The notes under the pieces are model-generated. The model saw only the letters and a program-made list of their open reading frames with translations. It did not search any database and was not told the DNA's origin. From the IMG/VR virus record IMGVR_UViG_3300043410_001708, positions 32,001 through 96,000 of that record: DNA of 64,000 nucleotides; one strand, 5' to 3'. Both the position numbers and the translations under genes were made by a program. Below, piece after piece: positions 9,195-18,002 of this stretch; the stretch's first letter is position 1; every line of letters starts with the position of its first letter. The DNA is from a virus.

Positions 9195-11746
9195 CCGAAA
9201 AAGTCCTCTAAAGAGTTGGTTTTTTCCGCAGACCAATTCATACAGTTTAAAATGACACTGATTGGTTCCAGAAATGCTTTATCGAATTGTACATCATAAT
9301 CAATATAATTGTCAAGCTCGAATTCTTTAGGTATTCTACCAGGGAAAGAAACCACATCATTCTTAAAATGATTTGGCATTTTCAGATAGGTAAATTTCAG
9401 TTTTTCACCCTCTTGTATGAGTGGGTATTTCTTTGTCAGGCCTAATTGTTTCAGATTGTGGTTGTAAACGATTGCACCACGAACATGAATTGGTGTGCCT
9501 TTTTTGAACAACATTACTGGATCGGAATAAGTATTTAGCCCATTTAGACCCCGTGGAAAAGATATTTCTTCCGCAGGTAATTTTCTAAATTCTTTTCTAA
9601 AGTTGGCAATAAAATCCTGTACTTGTTGTTCTGTACCAGTCATCATCAACTTAATGGCATCTTTCATCTTTTCACGTATAGCAGATGGTGTGGAAGATTT
9701 AATCATTTCCAAACCCATCACTTTCATATGTGGTTCGGCATACTGAACACCTTCGTTATTGTATACATTTAGAATATAACGTTTCTTGGCAGTCCAAACA
9801 CCTTTGTCAGAAAGACCTTCACGTTTCATTTGCATTTTTTGTGCATACGCATGAACATAATCAGCCAATTCTTGGTATGATTTGTCGATATGTGGTTGTA
9901 TCTTATCTTCACAAACACGATCCATAAATTCAATAATCTTTTGTGGAGGCAGTTTAACTACATCATCAACACCATATACTTTATTTACCAAATCACCGAG
10001 GCGTAGGTAAATTGAATCGGTATCAGAAGCAATGACATAATCATTATCTGTACCGAGAAGTTTGTTCATGTATTGGTTGATTTTGGCTTCGATCCATCTG
10101 ATGGAAAGCTGGCCTGCCGTAGTGACTCCCAAAGCCATGCGTAGGTCATAAAACCTAAAATACTGACTTCCCAAAGCACCGTAGGCAGAGTTAAGGGAAA
10201 CTTTTTTTGCGAGTTGTAGGTTGTTGTATCTGGCGACTCGTTTTTCAATGTCGTATTTTTTGGATTCGTCTTTCTCATTTTCATATTCCTGTTGTGCTTG
10301 CAACATCATCTTTTTGAATTTCTTGCGGTCATCATACATTTCAACCATCATCTTAGGTAAGAAACCTTGAATGTCTGTACGGAAGAATTGACCGTTGGGT
10401 GTAATTGTGGCACCTTCTAAACTTGAAATGTCAATTTGTCTTTTCAAGAGTTTATCAACAGTAACACCTTGTGAAAGAATGTCACGCATTTCTTGTGTAT
10501 AGTTTTCTGGTTCAATCAACGTTTCTGGTGAAATATTATATTGCATCATCAAGTGAGGATACAAACTGTTCAAGTCAAACGATGCAACCCAATGATGTAG
10601 GCCAACCTGTGGTTCTTTAACGTATGCACCTTCAAACGCAGCATCTTTGTCTTGCACTTCTTTTGGTGGAACAATAATGTCTTTACCGAGTAAATAGGAA
10701 TATGTCAGAGAATCCCACATACGTGTCTGTGCAAATACATCTTCATAGTTACACTTGGTGTCATATGCAAGAGTCAAAGCCAATTCAATCAACTTTAACT
10801 TATCTTCAAGTTTGATAATCAACGCAACGTCTTTAATGTTATATTCAATAAAGAGTTGGTAATTCAATTTGTAAAGTTGGTGTAAGTTTTCATATTCATC
10901 GTATGAAATCTTACCTTCACCGAGTTCTACTTGTGCAATATTATCCAAACGATAAGATTCTTGTGACTTGCCACCTGGCGCATACCATTTGTATAGTTCA
11001 ATATAATCAAGTGATTCGATACCAACGAAACTATATGCAATCAACAATCGACCATTGATATTGGTTTTACGTTCACTGATATAATTCCATGGAGATAACA
11101 TCTTGGCTTTATCTTCACCAAGAATCTTACGAAAACGATTGACAAGATATGGTATATCAAAGAACTTGGTATTCCAACCAGTGATAACATCTGGATACAT
11201 TCTTGACCATAATTCAATAAACTTACTGCAAAGACTGTATTCATCTTTACACTTAATATATGTTACTGTATTCGGATTGTCATTACGAAAATCACCACAA
11301 CCAAACACATAGGTGTGACCATTTAAAAATGTTAATGCGATAGCAGTGATTGGTTCATCGGCTTTGTAAGGATCAGGGAAACCATTTTCTGAACCAACCT
11401 CAATGTCAATAATTGCAATGCTGATTTTATCTTGTTCCCAATCAACCATTTCTGGATGTTGTTCAGCGATAAATGCATATTCGAATCTAGTGTTTCCATA
11501 GATTTTTGGTGCACCAGGAAGACCATCATATTGTTTTACGAATTCTCTGGCTTCACGGATACCATCAAATCGTTTTGGAATAAGGTCTAAACCATCAAGT
11601 GATTTATGTGTACCTTTCCCGTTACGGGCTGGCAGATATAGTTGTGGTTCATAATCAATCTTTAGTTTGATTCGTTTACCGTCTTTGACACCACGGTAAA
11701 GAATTCTGCCACCTAGAGATTGTACATTTGTGTAAAAAGTTGACAT
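9191..11746 (-). CDS. 43: T4 gp43-like family B DNA polymerase
   Basis: DIEV exonuclease motif, SFDLNSLYPH, KVSLNSAYG, SDTDS, KKRY. Confidence 0.97.
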   Translation of the reverse strand: MSTFYTNVQSLGGRILYRGVKDGKRIKLKIDYEPQLYLPARNGKGTHKSLDGLDLIPKRFDGIREAREFVKQYDGLPGAPKIYGNTRFEYAFIAEQHPEMVDWEQDKISIAIIDIEVGSENGFPDPYKADEPITAIALTFLNGHTYVFGCGDFRNDNPNTVTYIKCKDEYSLCSKFIELWSRMYPDVITGWNTKFFDIPYLVNRFRKILGEDKAKMLSPWNYISERKTNINGRLLIAYSFVGIESLDYIELYKWYAPGGKSQESYRLDNIAQVELGEGKISYDEYENLHQLYKLNYQLFIEYNIKDVALIIKLEDKLKLIELALTLAYDTKCNYEDVFAQTRMWDSLTYSYLLGKDIIVPPKEVQDKDAAFEGAYVKEPQVGLHHWVASFDLNSLYPHLMMQYNISPETLIEPENYTQEMRDILSQGVTVDKLLKRQIDISSLEGATITPNGQFFRTDIQGFLPKMMVEMYDDRKKFKKMMLQAQQEYENEKDESKKYDIEKRVARYNNLQLAKKVSLNSAYGALGSQYFRFYDLRMALGVTTAGQLSIRWIEAKINQYMNKLLGTDNDYVIASDTDSIYLRLGDLVNKVYGVDDVVKLPPQKIIEFMDRVCEDKIQPHIDKSYQELADYVHAYAQKMQMKREGLSDKGVWTAKKRYILNVYNNEGVQYAEPHMKVMGLEMIKSSTPSAIREKMKDAIKLMMTGTEQQVQDFIANFRKEFRKLPAEEISFPRGLNGLNTYSDPVMLFKKGTPIHVRGAIVYNHNLKQLGLTKKYPLIQEGEKLKFTYLKMPNHFKNDVVSFPGRIPKEFELDNYIDYDVQFDKAFLEPISVILNCMNWSAEKTNSLEDFFG

Positions 11747-12057
11747 TAACCTGTAATAATTTGTTGTTGACCTGGAAGAATAATACCTACACCAAAAATT
11801 TGATTATAGTTATTGACAAAATCTTCTGCTGGAACATAGTAGTATACAATATGTTCAAGTTTCAAGGCAATAGTAGAATCCTTTTTTTGTTCTGCATGAA
11901 TTGGAAAAGGTGCAAAACCTACGTTTGGTTGGCCATCTTTACCACGAACAATTGCAATACCCAATGGGTTTTTAATTACCATTTCGTTGAAGTTTTCCGT
12001 TTCAATTTCACCAATGAGTTCTTCACCGGTTATCAATTTCATTGCATAAATTTTCAT
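11746..12057 (-). CDS. hypothetical Sm-like phage protein
   Basis: KLITGEELIG motif typical of small T4-like proteins. Confidence 0.65.
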   Translation of the reverse strand: MKIYAMKLITGEELIGEIETENFNEMVIKNPLGIAIVRGKDGQPNVGFAPFPIHAEQKKDSTIALKLEHIVYYYVPAEDFVNNYNQIFGVGIILPGQQQIITG

Positions 12058-12099
12058 AATAGTCGCATCCTAAATAAATATAGTTGATTTGGATCAAAC

Positions 12100-12128
12100 A
12101 TTATATCATTTTTTTAATATGTTGTCAA
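12100..12128 (-). promoter_or_regulatory. sigma70 promoter for the gp43 operon
   Basis: TTGACA-17-TATAAT. Confidence 0.75.
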
Positions 12129-12147
12129 TAGATAAAAATGGTACAAA

Positions 12148-12978
12148 ATGGATCCGTTCACACTTTTTGCCTTGGCCAACGGTGCAGTTGCCGCTGTGAA
12201 AAAAGGTTGTCAGTTATACAAAGATATTAAAGGTGCCGCTGGGGATGTTAAAGCAGTCCTCAAGGATTTGGACGACCAGTTCCACAAAAAGTATGAAGGT
12301 AAACCTGTGCCGCCTGCTGCTGCAAAGCAGTTACAGGAAGAAAAGGCTCGCATTAAAGAATTAAACAAGCGTAGTGAAGAAAGCACTAATATTTATACAG
12401 AGATAGGTGATTATCTTGGTCAATACTATGACAATTATTATAAGTGTTTAGCGGTACTTGAACAAGAAGAAAAACGTAGTGCAACAGAAGTATATACCGG
12501 CGGTGATAGTTTAGCCAAGCGTGCATTACAACGTGTTCTTATGCGTAAACAACTAGAAGCCATGGGCAAAGAATTACGTGAATTGATGATATATCAATCA
12601 CCACCCGAACTTGGTGCATTATATACTGATGTTGAACTTATGACCAAAGAGTTGGGTGCTCAACAAAAGATTCTTATTGCTAAACAGATGGAAGAACAAG
12701 CCAAAAAAGCAAAACTAAGAGCACAAAAAATTGAACATTATAAGATGGAGTTTGGTATGATTGTTGCGTTTCTTATTTTGTTTATTTTCATGGGTTTATT
12801 TTGGACTTGGTTGTATTATGATTCGAAGGAAAGACATCCACAAATATGGAATGGAACTTATCAAGCTGAATTGGAAAAACAAAAAAGATATCAGGCTCAA
12901 AAAATTATGGATGCAATCAAATACCTGGACGAACAAAATTACGAAAATAATAAGAGGTTAATAACAAATCAAGAATGA
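12148..12978 (+). CDS. coiled-coil membrane protein
   Basis: 276 aa, amphipathic N-terminus MDPFTLFALA, one TM near the C-terminus. Confidence 0.75.
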   Translation: MDPFTLFALANGAVAAVKKGCQLYKDIKGAAGDVKAVLKDLDDQFHKKYEGKPVPPAAAKQLQEEKARIKELNKRSEESTNIYTEIGDYLGQYYDNYYKCLAVLEQEEKRSATEVYTGGDSLAKRALQRVLMRKQLEAMGKELRELMIYQSPPELGALYTDVELMTKELGAQQKILIAKQMEEQAKKAKLRAQKIEHYKMEFGMIVAFLILFIFMGLFWTWLYYDSKERHPQIWNGTYQAELEKQKRYQAQKIMDAIKYLDEQNYENNKRLITNQE

Positions 12979-13115
12979 AAAGAAATAGATACACATTTTT
13001 AGAATGGGTATTTGATGATTTAGGCCTTGCTAAATTTTTATTATTTTTTTATCTTTTTTTATTGTTATTGGCAACTGGTATATTGTCACTGGTTTGGTGG
13101 TACACTAAAAGATGA
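12975..13115 (+). CDS. small membrane protein (46 aa), missed by the ORF track
   Basis: MKRNRYTFLEWVFDDLGLAKFLLFFYLFLLLLATGILSLVWWYTKR; ATGA overlaps at both ends. Confidence 0.7.
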   Translation: MKRNRYTFLEWVFDDLGLAKFLLFFYLFLLLLATGILSLVWWYTKR

Positions 13116-13393
13116 AAACCAGTTATCAAGCAGCACTCATAGTTGCTGGACTTATTCTTATGCCGGTGCTTATAGTCTTACTGGCAAATTATATAAACAT
13201 AATTGTTATAATTATTACCTTTTCTTTAAGTTTTAGTTTGGTTGCATATTATTTGTATGTTGACATTAAAGAAGAATTGGATTGGACTCGTAGTGAAGAT
13301 GAACGATTAACTTATGGATTTAAAGATAATCCTTACAAAATGAGGATGTATAAATTCTATAAAAATTACTTCAACACACGCCATGAAAAATAA
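13112..13393 (+). CDS. small two-TM membrane protein
   Basis: hydrophobic N-terminal half; translational coupling. Confidence 0.65.
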   Translation: MKTSYQAALIVAGLILMPVLIVLLANYINIIVIIITFSLSFSLVAYYLYVDIKEELDWTRSEDERLTYGFKDNPYKMRMYKFYKNYFNTRHEK

Positions 13394-13661
13394 ACTATTG
13401 TTTACAGTTGTTACAACTGCGGCAACACTCGTTGTTACACATCCAACTATCAATATAAATTTGATGCCGGATGCTGTCATATATACAAAAAGCACTTTTG
13501 AAAGTTCTGATTATTGTAAATTGGAAAAAACTTTTACTGATCCAAGAGGATTACAAGTGTGTGAATATAAATGTCCATCAACAAGAGGTGGAAACAAAGT
13601 TATACATACGACTTCCATAAACAATGCTAGAGCATGTAAATCTAAGGTGGAGGCACCGTAA
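13383..13661 (+). CDS. small secreted Cys-containing protein
   Basis: signal-peptide-like N-terminus, 4 Cys. Confidence 0.6.
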   Translation: MKNKLLFTVVTTAATLVVTHPTININLMPDAVIYTKSTFESSDYCKLEKTFTDPRGLQVCEYKCPSTRGGNKVIHTTSINNARACKSKVEAP

Positions 13662-13686
13662 TGTTTAATCCCTACGGAGTATTCGA

Positions 13687-14460
13687 TTGTTACATAGAAT
13701 TTTTATTATACTGTTATTTTTTACCCTACTTCTTGGCCAACAAACAGTCAAAGCAGAATTCTTTACCGCCAAATCCTGGCTTGTGTCGGATTTAAATGGC
13801 ACTATAATAGATGGTGAAGATTATGATAAGGTTAGACCAATTGCTAGCATAACAAAATTGTTAACAGTTATGGTTGTGATGGACACAAAACCTGACATGA
13901 ATCAAATGTTGATGTTGACCACAAAAATACAAGATAAATTGCCAGCAAAAAATCAAAGTGTCAGTAGAGGAAATTTAGTACTGATGGCTATAGTACACAG
14001 TAGTAACAGAGCCGCATATACTCTGTGTGAGAATTATCCTGGTGGTATGCCCGCTTGTATTAAAGCAATGAATGACAAGTTGAAAAAATTAAAAATGGAA
14101 AATTCCATTGTTTATGAACCAACAGGTTTAGATAAAAGAAACGTTAGCACTGCAAGAGAACTCATAACATTAACAAAGGCAGCGGCTGAATATGAATCCA
14201 TAGTTTATGCTAGCCGTAAGTCTGAAATAAAAATACAAGTAAAAAAGAAATGGTTTGTTTTTCGTAATACAAACCCTATGATTGGTCATTACCAAAATAT
14301 CGTAGTAAGTAAAACTGGATTTATAAATGAATCGGGTGGATGTATCACGTTGTTACTTGATACAAGTGTTGGTGATAGAATAGTTGTGGTTCTTGGCAGT
14401 AAGAACACTAAGACTAGAATTCCTGAAGCGGAATTTATATATGAGGTGTATAAAGATTAG
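13687..14460 (+). CDS. D-alanyl-D-alanine carboxy/endopeptidase (peptidase S11, PbpG-like)
   Basis: signal peptide; SITK, SSN and KTG penicillin-binding motifs; GGAG RBS before TTG start. Confidence 0.9.
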   Translation: MLHRIFIILLFFTLLLGQQTVKAEFFTAKSWLVSDLNGTIIDGEDYDKVRPIASITKLLTVMVVMDTKPDMNQMLMLTTKIQDKLPAKNQSVSRGNLVLMAIVHSSNRAAYTLCENYPGGMPACIKAMNDKLKKLKMENSIVYEPTGLDKRNVSTARELITLTKAAAEYESIVYASRKSEIKIQVKKKWFVFRNTNPMIGHYQNIVVSKTGFINESGGCITLLLDTSVGDRIVVVLGSKNTKTRIPEAEFIYEVYKD

Positions 14461-14533
14461 TGGTTGCGGGTCACGGAGTTGCACCGGAACTGAGGATTAT
14501 GAGCCCACTGTGATACTATTTCACCAACCCGCT
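14461..14533 (-). tRNA. tRNA-Met(CAT), initiator-like
   Basis: cloverleaf, 1:72 mismatch, loop CTCATAA, encoded CCA. Confidence 0.8.
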
Positions 14534-14720
14534 ATATTTCTTGTTTTTTCTGACGTTGAAGATTTTGTTCTAAAATTCTGTCAAATTCTTCTTGTTCAGC
14601 TTTAGCATCTTCTATTTCTTTTGGTGATGGTTTTCTAAAAATCTTGTCGTAGTTATTAGCAAATGTTTCCTGTGAAACACTAAATGGTCTTGGACTAGAA
14701 CCTTTACCACCATCAGACAT
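14532..14720 (-). CDS. hypothetical protein
   Basis: MSDGGKGSSPRP, small phage ORF. Confidence 0.6.
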   Translation of the reverse strand: MSDGGKGSSPRPFSVSQETFANNYDKIFRKPSPKEIEDAKAEQEEFDRILEQNLQRQKKQEI

Positions 14721-14722
14721 AT

Positions 14723-14968
14723 TTATTCTCCGTAGATATAAGCAATATCTTCAATCTTCACTACAAAATAATCTTGCACTGTTACAGCTTTACCCCAATC
14801 TGGTTGCACCACATCACCAATCTGTAACTCAGTAACATCTGGTCCAACTGCAAGTACTTTTGCTCTATCAGGTTCTTCGGAGTGTCTTAGGATGATTCCT
14901 GAAGCGGTCTGTTTAACATTCTCAAGCCGTTCAATCAATACTTTATCGTGCAAGGGTTTAATATTCAT
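14723..14968 (-). CDS. groES: GroES-like co-chaperonin
   Basis: MNIKPLHDKVLIER..TASGIIL..VLAVGP; GAGG RBS; start reassigned to 14968. Confidence 0.9.
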   Translation of the reverse strand: MNIKPLHDKVLIERLENVKQTASGIILRHSEEPDRAKVLAVGPDVTELQIGDVVQPDWGKAVTVQDYFVVKIEDIAYIYGE

Positions 14969-14981
14969 AATGTCCTCAAAA

Positions 14982-15048
14982 TGGAGCGGTCTTCTGCTTT
15001 GCTCAGATAACACAAGGGGGTGCCTTGTATCGTACTATTACAAACCGC
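14982..15048 (-). ncRNA. D-armless tRNA-Gly-like RNA
   Basis: acceptor GCGGTTT/AGACCGC-TCCA, 9-bp central stem, T-like arm. Confidence 0.55.
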
Positions 15049-15054
15049 ATTAAA

Positions 15055-15128
15055 TGGAGCGGGATATCAGAATCGAACTGATGACGAAAGATTGGAAATC
15101 TCTAGTTTTGCCATTAAACTAATCCCGC
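15055..15128 (-). tRNA. tRNA-Gly(TCC)
   Basis: cloverleaf, loop TTTCCAA, CCA. Confidence 0.92.
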
Positions 15129-15204
15129 ATATAACTATATATGCATCATTTTAAAACACACATAATGCATTTTAAAATGAGGACTCTTGCGAGTCCCCAT
15201 ACCA

Positions 15205-16632
15205 TCACAATACTTTGTAACGGTCATCCATGATGGTTTTAAGCATCACAGATTCTGGTGTAAAGGTTTCTAAGTCACCCGCCAACAGTGGTTTTACGAC
15301 TGCTGGTGAGAAACCAGATACCAATGCAGTACCAGAAGTGTCGAACTTTACTGGAGCGTTGCCGTATGCGGCATTCAAGTTCCAGAATACAACCTTTGGC
15401 AAAGTGTATCCTGCTTCTTTGTACTTACGTGCAATCATCTGCATAGCAGAGTCATCATGTCTAACGCAAGCGTTAAATTGCATGTCTGACAGAATCAATA
15501 CCATCGCTGGCATTTCTTCTTGTGGCACGCCACCTTTTACTGCTACATCAAGGATTTTTGCAAATGCCTTGTGTAGGTCGGTAGACATACCCCAATCAGA
15601 TTTAACCATTTGGTCAATCTTTTGATTGATGTTACCTTTCAAGTGCAACAATTCTGGATTGGTAGAGAAAGTTAGGAAGGTGTCCTTGAACTTGCCTTCA
15701 TTCTTATCTGCCAAGTATAGTCCCAAAGAGACTGCTACTTCCAAACAGGTTAGACCTGATTTGGAACCATAACCACCTGCAGCGCAGGTCATTGAACCAG
15801 AAACATCCACCAAAGGTAGAATGTTTGCATCGCCAACAAAGTTAGGCAAAGCCTCCCATTGTTTTTGCACCAAGTCCAATTCGGTCTTGTCGAATTTCAT
15901 GTAACCACCGATACGGCCTTTCAGCACATCGTATGGGAACACAGCACCTGCATTAACCTTAACTTCTGGATTATCACCCTTAACCAACGAAGCAACATAT
16001 GCTGCATAAGTTGGAGTGTTACGGTTAAAAGCCTTCTTGTAACGGGATGCCGCTACGGAAGGTACGTGTGAGAAATTGATGGAATCCCAGTCTTTCGCAC
16101 ACATTTGAGTTTCAACCACTTTGGTCATTTCAACCAAAGACTTACGGTAAAACTTTGGGGACATACCAAAGAACTGACGGATTTCAGCCGCTAGTTTACC
16201 TTGGCGAGGAGTCCACTTTGCAGCCAATCCATTCTTCGCACGAAGCGCATCACCCAACATAGTGAATGCTGCTGACTTCATAACATCAGAATCGAATACA
16301 AAAATGTCGTCCCAACGGCCCAATTCAGGAACCTTTGTCAACAATGCTTTTGCGGCTTCTACGTCATTCTTTTCCAAATAACGCAAGATAGTACGGAACG
16401 ATTCACGTTCACCGGCACCACCACGAGCATCACGTAACCAAGCAGCAACACGCAAAGCGAGTTCACGGTTTTCTGCCATTGCAGCTGCGAAAGCAGGCAC
16501 AATGTTTTTGCCACGGGAAGCACCTGCATTGTAGAACAAATCTACAACTGCATTAGCAGTGGACTTACGAGCCTTCATACCGTTTGCGGTACGGGCATCT
16601 TGATTAACAACGGCATCTACAAAAGTTGACAT
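15205..16632 (-). CDS. DUF2828 family TROVE/Ro60-like protein with C-terminal vWA domain
   Basis: LRDARGGAGER, GRWDD, AAKWTPR; MIDAS DVSGSM; SDMQF, VFWNL, VSGFS. Confidence 0.85.
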   Translation of the reverse strand: MSTFVDAVVNQDARTANGMKARKSTANAVVDLFYNAGASRGKNIVPAFAAAMAENRELALRVAAWLRDARGGAGERESFRTILRYLEKNDVEAAKALLTKVPELGRWDDIFVFDSDVMKSAAFTMLGDALRAKNGLAAKWTPRQGKLAAEIRQFFGMSPKFYRKSLVEMTKVVETQMCAKDWDSINFSHVPSVAASRYKKAFNRNTPTYAAYVASLVKGDNPEVKVNAGAVFPYDVLKGRIGGYMKFDKTELDLVQKQWEALPNFVGDANILPLVDVSGSMTCAAGGYGSKSGLTCLEVAVSLGLYLADKNEGKFKDTFLTFSTNPELLHLKGNINQKIDQMVKSDWGMSTDLHKAFAKILDVAVKGGVPQEEMPAMVLILSDMQFNACVRHDDSAMQMIARKYKEAGYTLPKVVFWNLNAAYGNAPVKFDTSGTALVSGFSPAVVKPLLAGDLETFTPESVMLKTIMDDRYKVL

Positions 16633-16652
16633 AACTTACTCCTCATAAAAAA

Positions 16653-16772
16653 ACAACAGAATACATTTTTTAGCGCACTACCAATTGTGCTATTCACGCC
16701 GAAGCGTAAAACAGGATTCGAACCTGTAACCTCTCCGTTATAAGCGGAAAAATTGTTTGCTGTGAGTATTCT
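16653..16772 (-). ncRNA. CAGCA-stem RNA copy 1, carrying a circularly permuted tRNA
   Basis: AGAATAC/GTATTCT stem; anticodon arm, T arm, UUCG-closed acceptor, D arm. Confidence 0.75.
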
Positions 16773-16776
16773 AAAA

Positions 16777-16932
16777 ACAACAGGTTAGCTTTCTACTTTT
16801 TGTTTACAGTGAGAAATCGAAACTCACCTTCGTTAGGACCATTTCAATAAACACCTTCAAAGGTCGAAACCTCCAGTGTTTACCATAGTTACCTAACAGT
16901 TCAGTATTATTGAATAATGCTGTAACTAACCT
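16777..16932 (-). ncRNA. CAGCA-stem RNA copy 2
   Basis: AGGTTAG/CTAACCT stem; long internal hairpin and a T-loop-like hairpin. Confidence 0.7.
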
Positions 16933-16961
16933 AAAACCTTTTCAATCTTTCAATACTGTGT

Positions 16962-17013
16962 ATTGTAACACAAAAATTTGTTGTAGTCAAGCAGTATGTT
17001 GTAAACATACCAC
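16962..17013 (-). promoter_or_regulatory. sigma70 promoter with upstream palindromic box driving the ncRNA-DUF2828 unit
   Basis: GTGGT-N6-ACAAC, N7, TTGACT-17-TACAAT. Confidence 0.65.
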
Positions 17014-17019
17014 AATATT

Positions 17020-17093
17020 TGGTGCCCCATGACAGAATCGAACTGCCGTACCCGGATTACAAAACCGGTGTAATACCATTATACTAATAGGGC
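17020..17093 (-). tRNA. tRNA-Thr(TGT)
   Basis: cloverleaf, loop TTTGTAA. Confidence 0.9.
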
Positions 17094-17101
17094 AAAAAAC
17101 T

Positions 17102-17176
17102 TGGAGCGGGTAGTGGGAATCGAACCCACAACTAAACCTTGGCAAGGTCTTGTGTTACCACTAGCACCATACCCGC
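17102..17176 (-). tRNA. tRNA-Gly(GCC)
   Basis: cloverleaf, loop TTGCCAA. Confidence 0.92.
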
Positions 17177-17185
17177 ATCATGTGT

Positions 17186-17214
17186 ATTATATATGCTTTA
17201 CAAACAATTGTCAA
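17186..17214 (-). promoter_or_regulatory. sigma70 promoter for tRNA-Gly/Thr
   Basis: TTGACA-17-TATAAT. Confidence 0.75.
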
Positions 17215-17234
17215 GCACATTTTTAAAAAATATT

Positions 17235-17318
17235 TGGTACGAGTAACCGGAGTCGAACCGGTACGCACAAGGCGGCAGATTTTAAGTCTGCTGGGTCTAC
17301 CAATTCCCCCATACTCGC
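17235..17318 (-). tRNA. tRNA-Leu(TAA)
   Basis: class II cloverleaf, loop CTTAAAA. Confidence 0.92.
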
Positions 17319-17319
17319 A

Positions 17320-17904
17320 TCACATGGCAGGTCCGTTTCCATTACGGAAACCGACCTCACCACCTTCTTCTTTGATTCGTTTCATAACATCTTCAAAAAG
17401 AATAGGACGAAAATCTGTTTGTTCAACACAAACACAATGATAACGAACATCTGGTGTGTCCAGTTCTTGACCTCCGTTCCATGTCATCATCACACGACCT
17501 GTATGAAGGTGACCGTGAATGTTTGTTCCGAAACGACCAAGACTGGCGGGATGAATTGGAATATGTGAAAGAATCATTCCGTTCATTACATGATACGCAC
17601 GAAGTTCACGGAAGTGTATTCTATATTCATCATCACGGAAGATATCGTGGTTACCACGAATAAGAACTTTATCACCGTTAAGTCTATGCATAATGCTAAG
17701 TGCTTTACGATTGATTACAACATCACCAAGATGATATACTTTATCAGTTGGCTTTACTGTTTCGTTCCAACGCTTAACCATTTCTTCATCCATTTCATTT
17801 GGATCGGTCCATGGTCTAATCTTTTCACCTGTTATGGAGTCGGTGAATCTACACACACCAGCGTGACCAAAGTGTGTGTCACTTACTAAAAATACTGATG
17901 GCAT
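17320..17904 (-). CDS. calcineurin-like metallophosphoesterase
   Basis: SDTHFGH, HLGD, GNHD, SHIP, HGHLH; start reassigned because the track ORF runs through tRNA-Arg. Confidence 0.9.
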   Translation of the reverse strand: MPSVFLVSDTHFGHAGVCRFTDSITGEKIRPWTDPNEMDEEMVKRWNETVKPTDKVYHLGDVVINRKALSIMHRLNGDKVLIRGNHDIFRDDEYRIHFRELRAYHVMNGMILSHIPIHPASLGRFGTNIHGHLHTGRVMMTWNGGQELDTPDVRYHCVCVEQTDFRPILFEDVMKRIKEEGGEVGFRNGNGPAM

Positions 17905-17922
17905 AATAAACTCCTGAAAAAA

Positions 17923-17997
17923 TGGCCCGGCGTGAGGGAATCGAACCCCCATTCGCACTTTAGAAGAATGCTGTCCTATCCATTGAACGAACGCCAG
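17923..17997 (-). tRNA. tRNA-Arg(TCT)
   Basis: cloverleaf, loop CTTCTAA. Confidence 0.9.
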
Positions 17998-18002
17998 AAA
18001 AA

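Noticed and set aside
9191-11746. Possible intein or intron in gp43 (also checked gp41, gp17 and UvsX)
   Set aside because: The ORFs are continuous and of normal length, with no splicing motifs seen.
13027-13236. Track ORF of 69 aa in the membrane cassette
   Set aside because: The alternative 46-aa ORF at 12975-13115 has ATGA coupling at both ends and fits better.
15146-15197. Hairpins downstream of DUF2828 (GGACTC-GCAA-GAGTCC and a TCATTTTAAAA inverted repeat)
   Set aside because: They are probably ordinary 3'-end or processing structures. There is no clean U tract or CAGCA motif, so they were not called.
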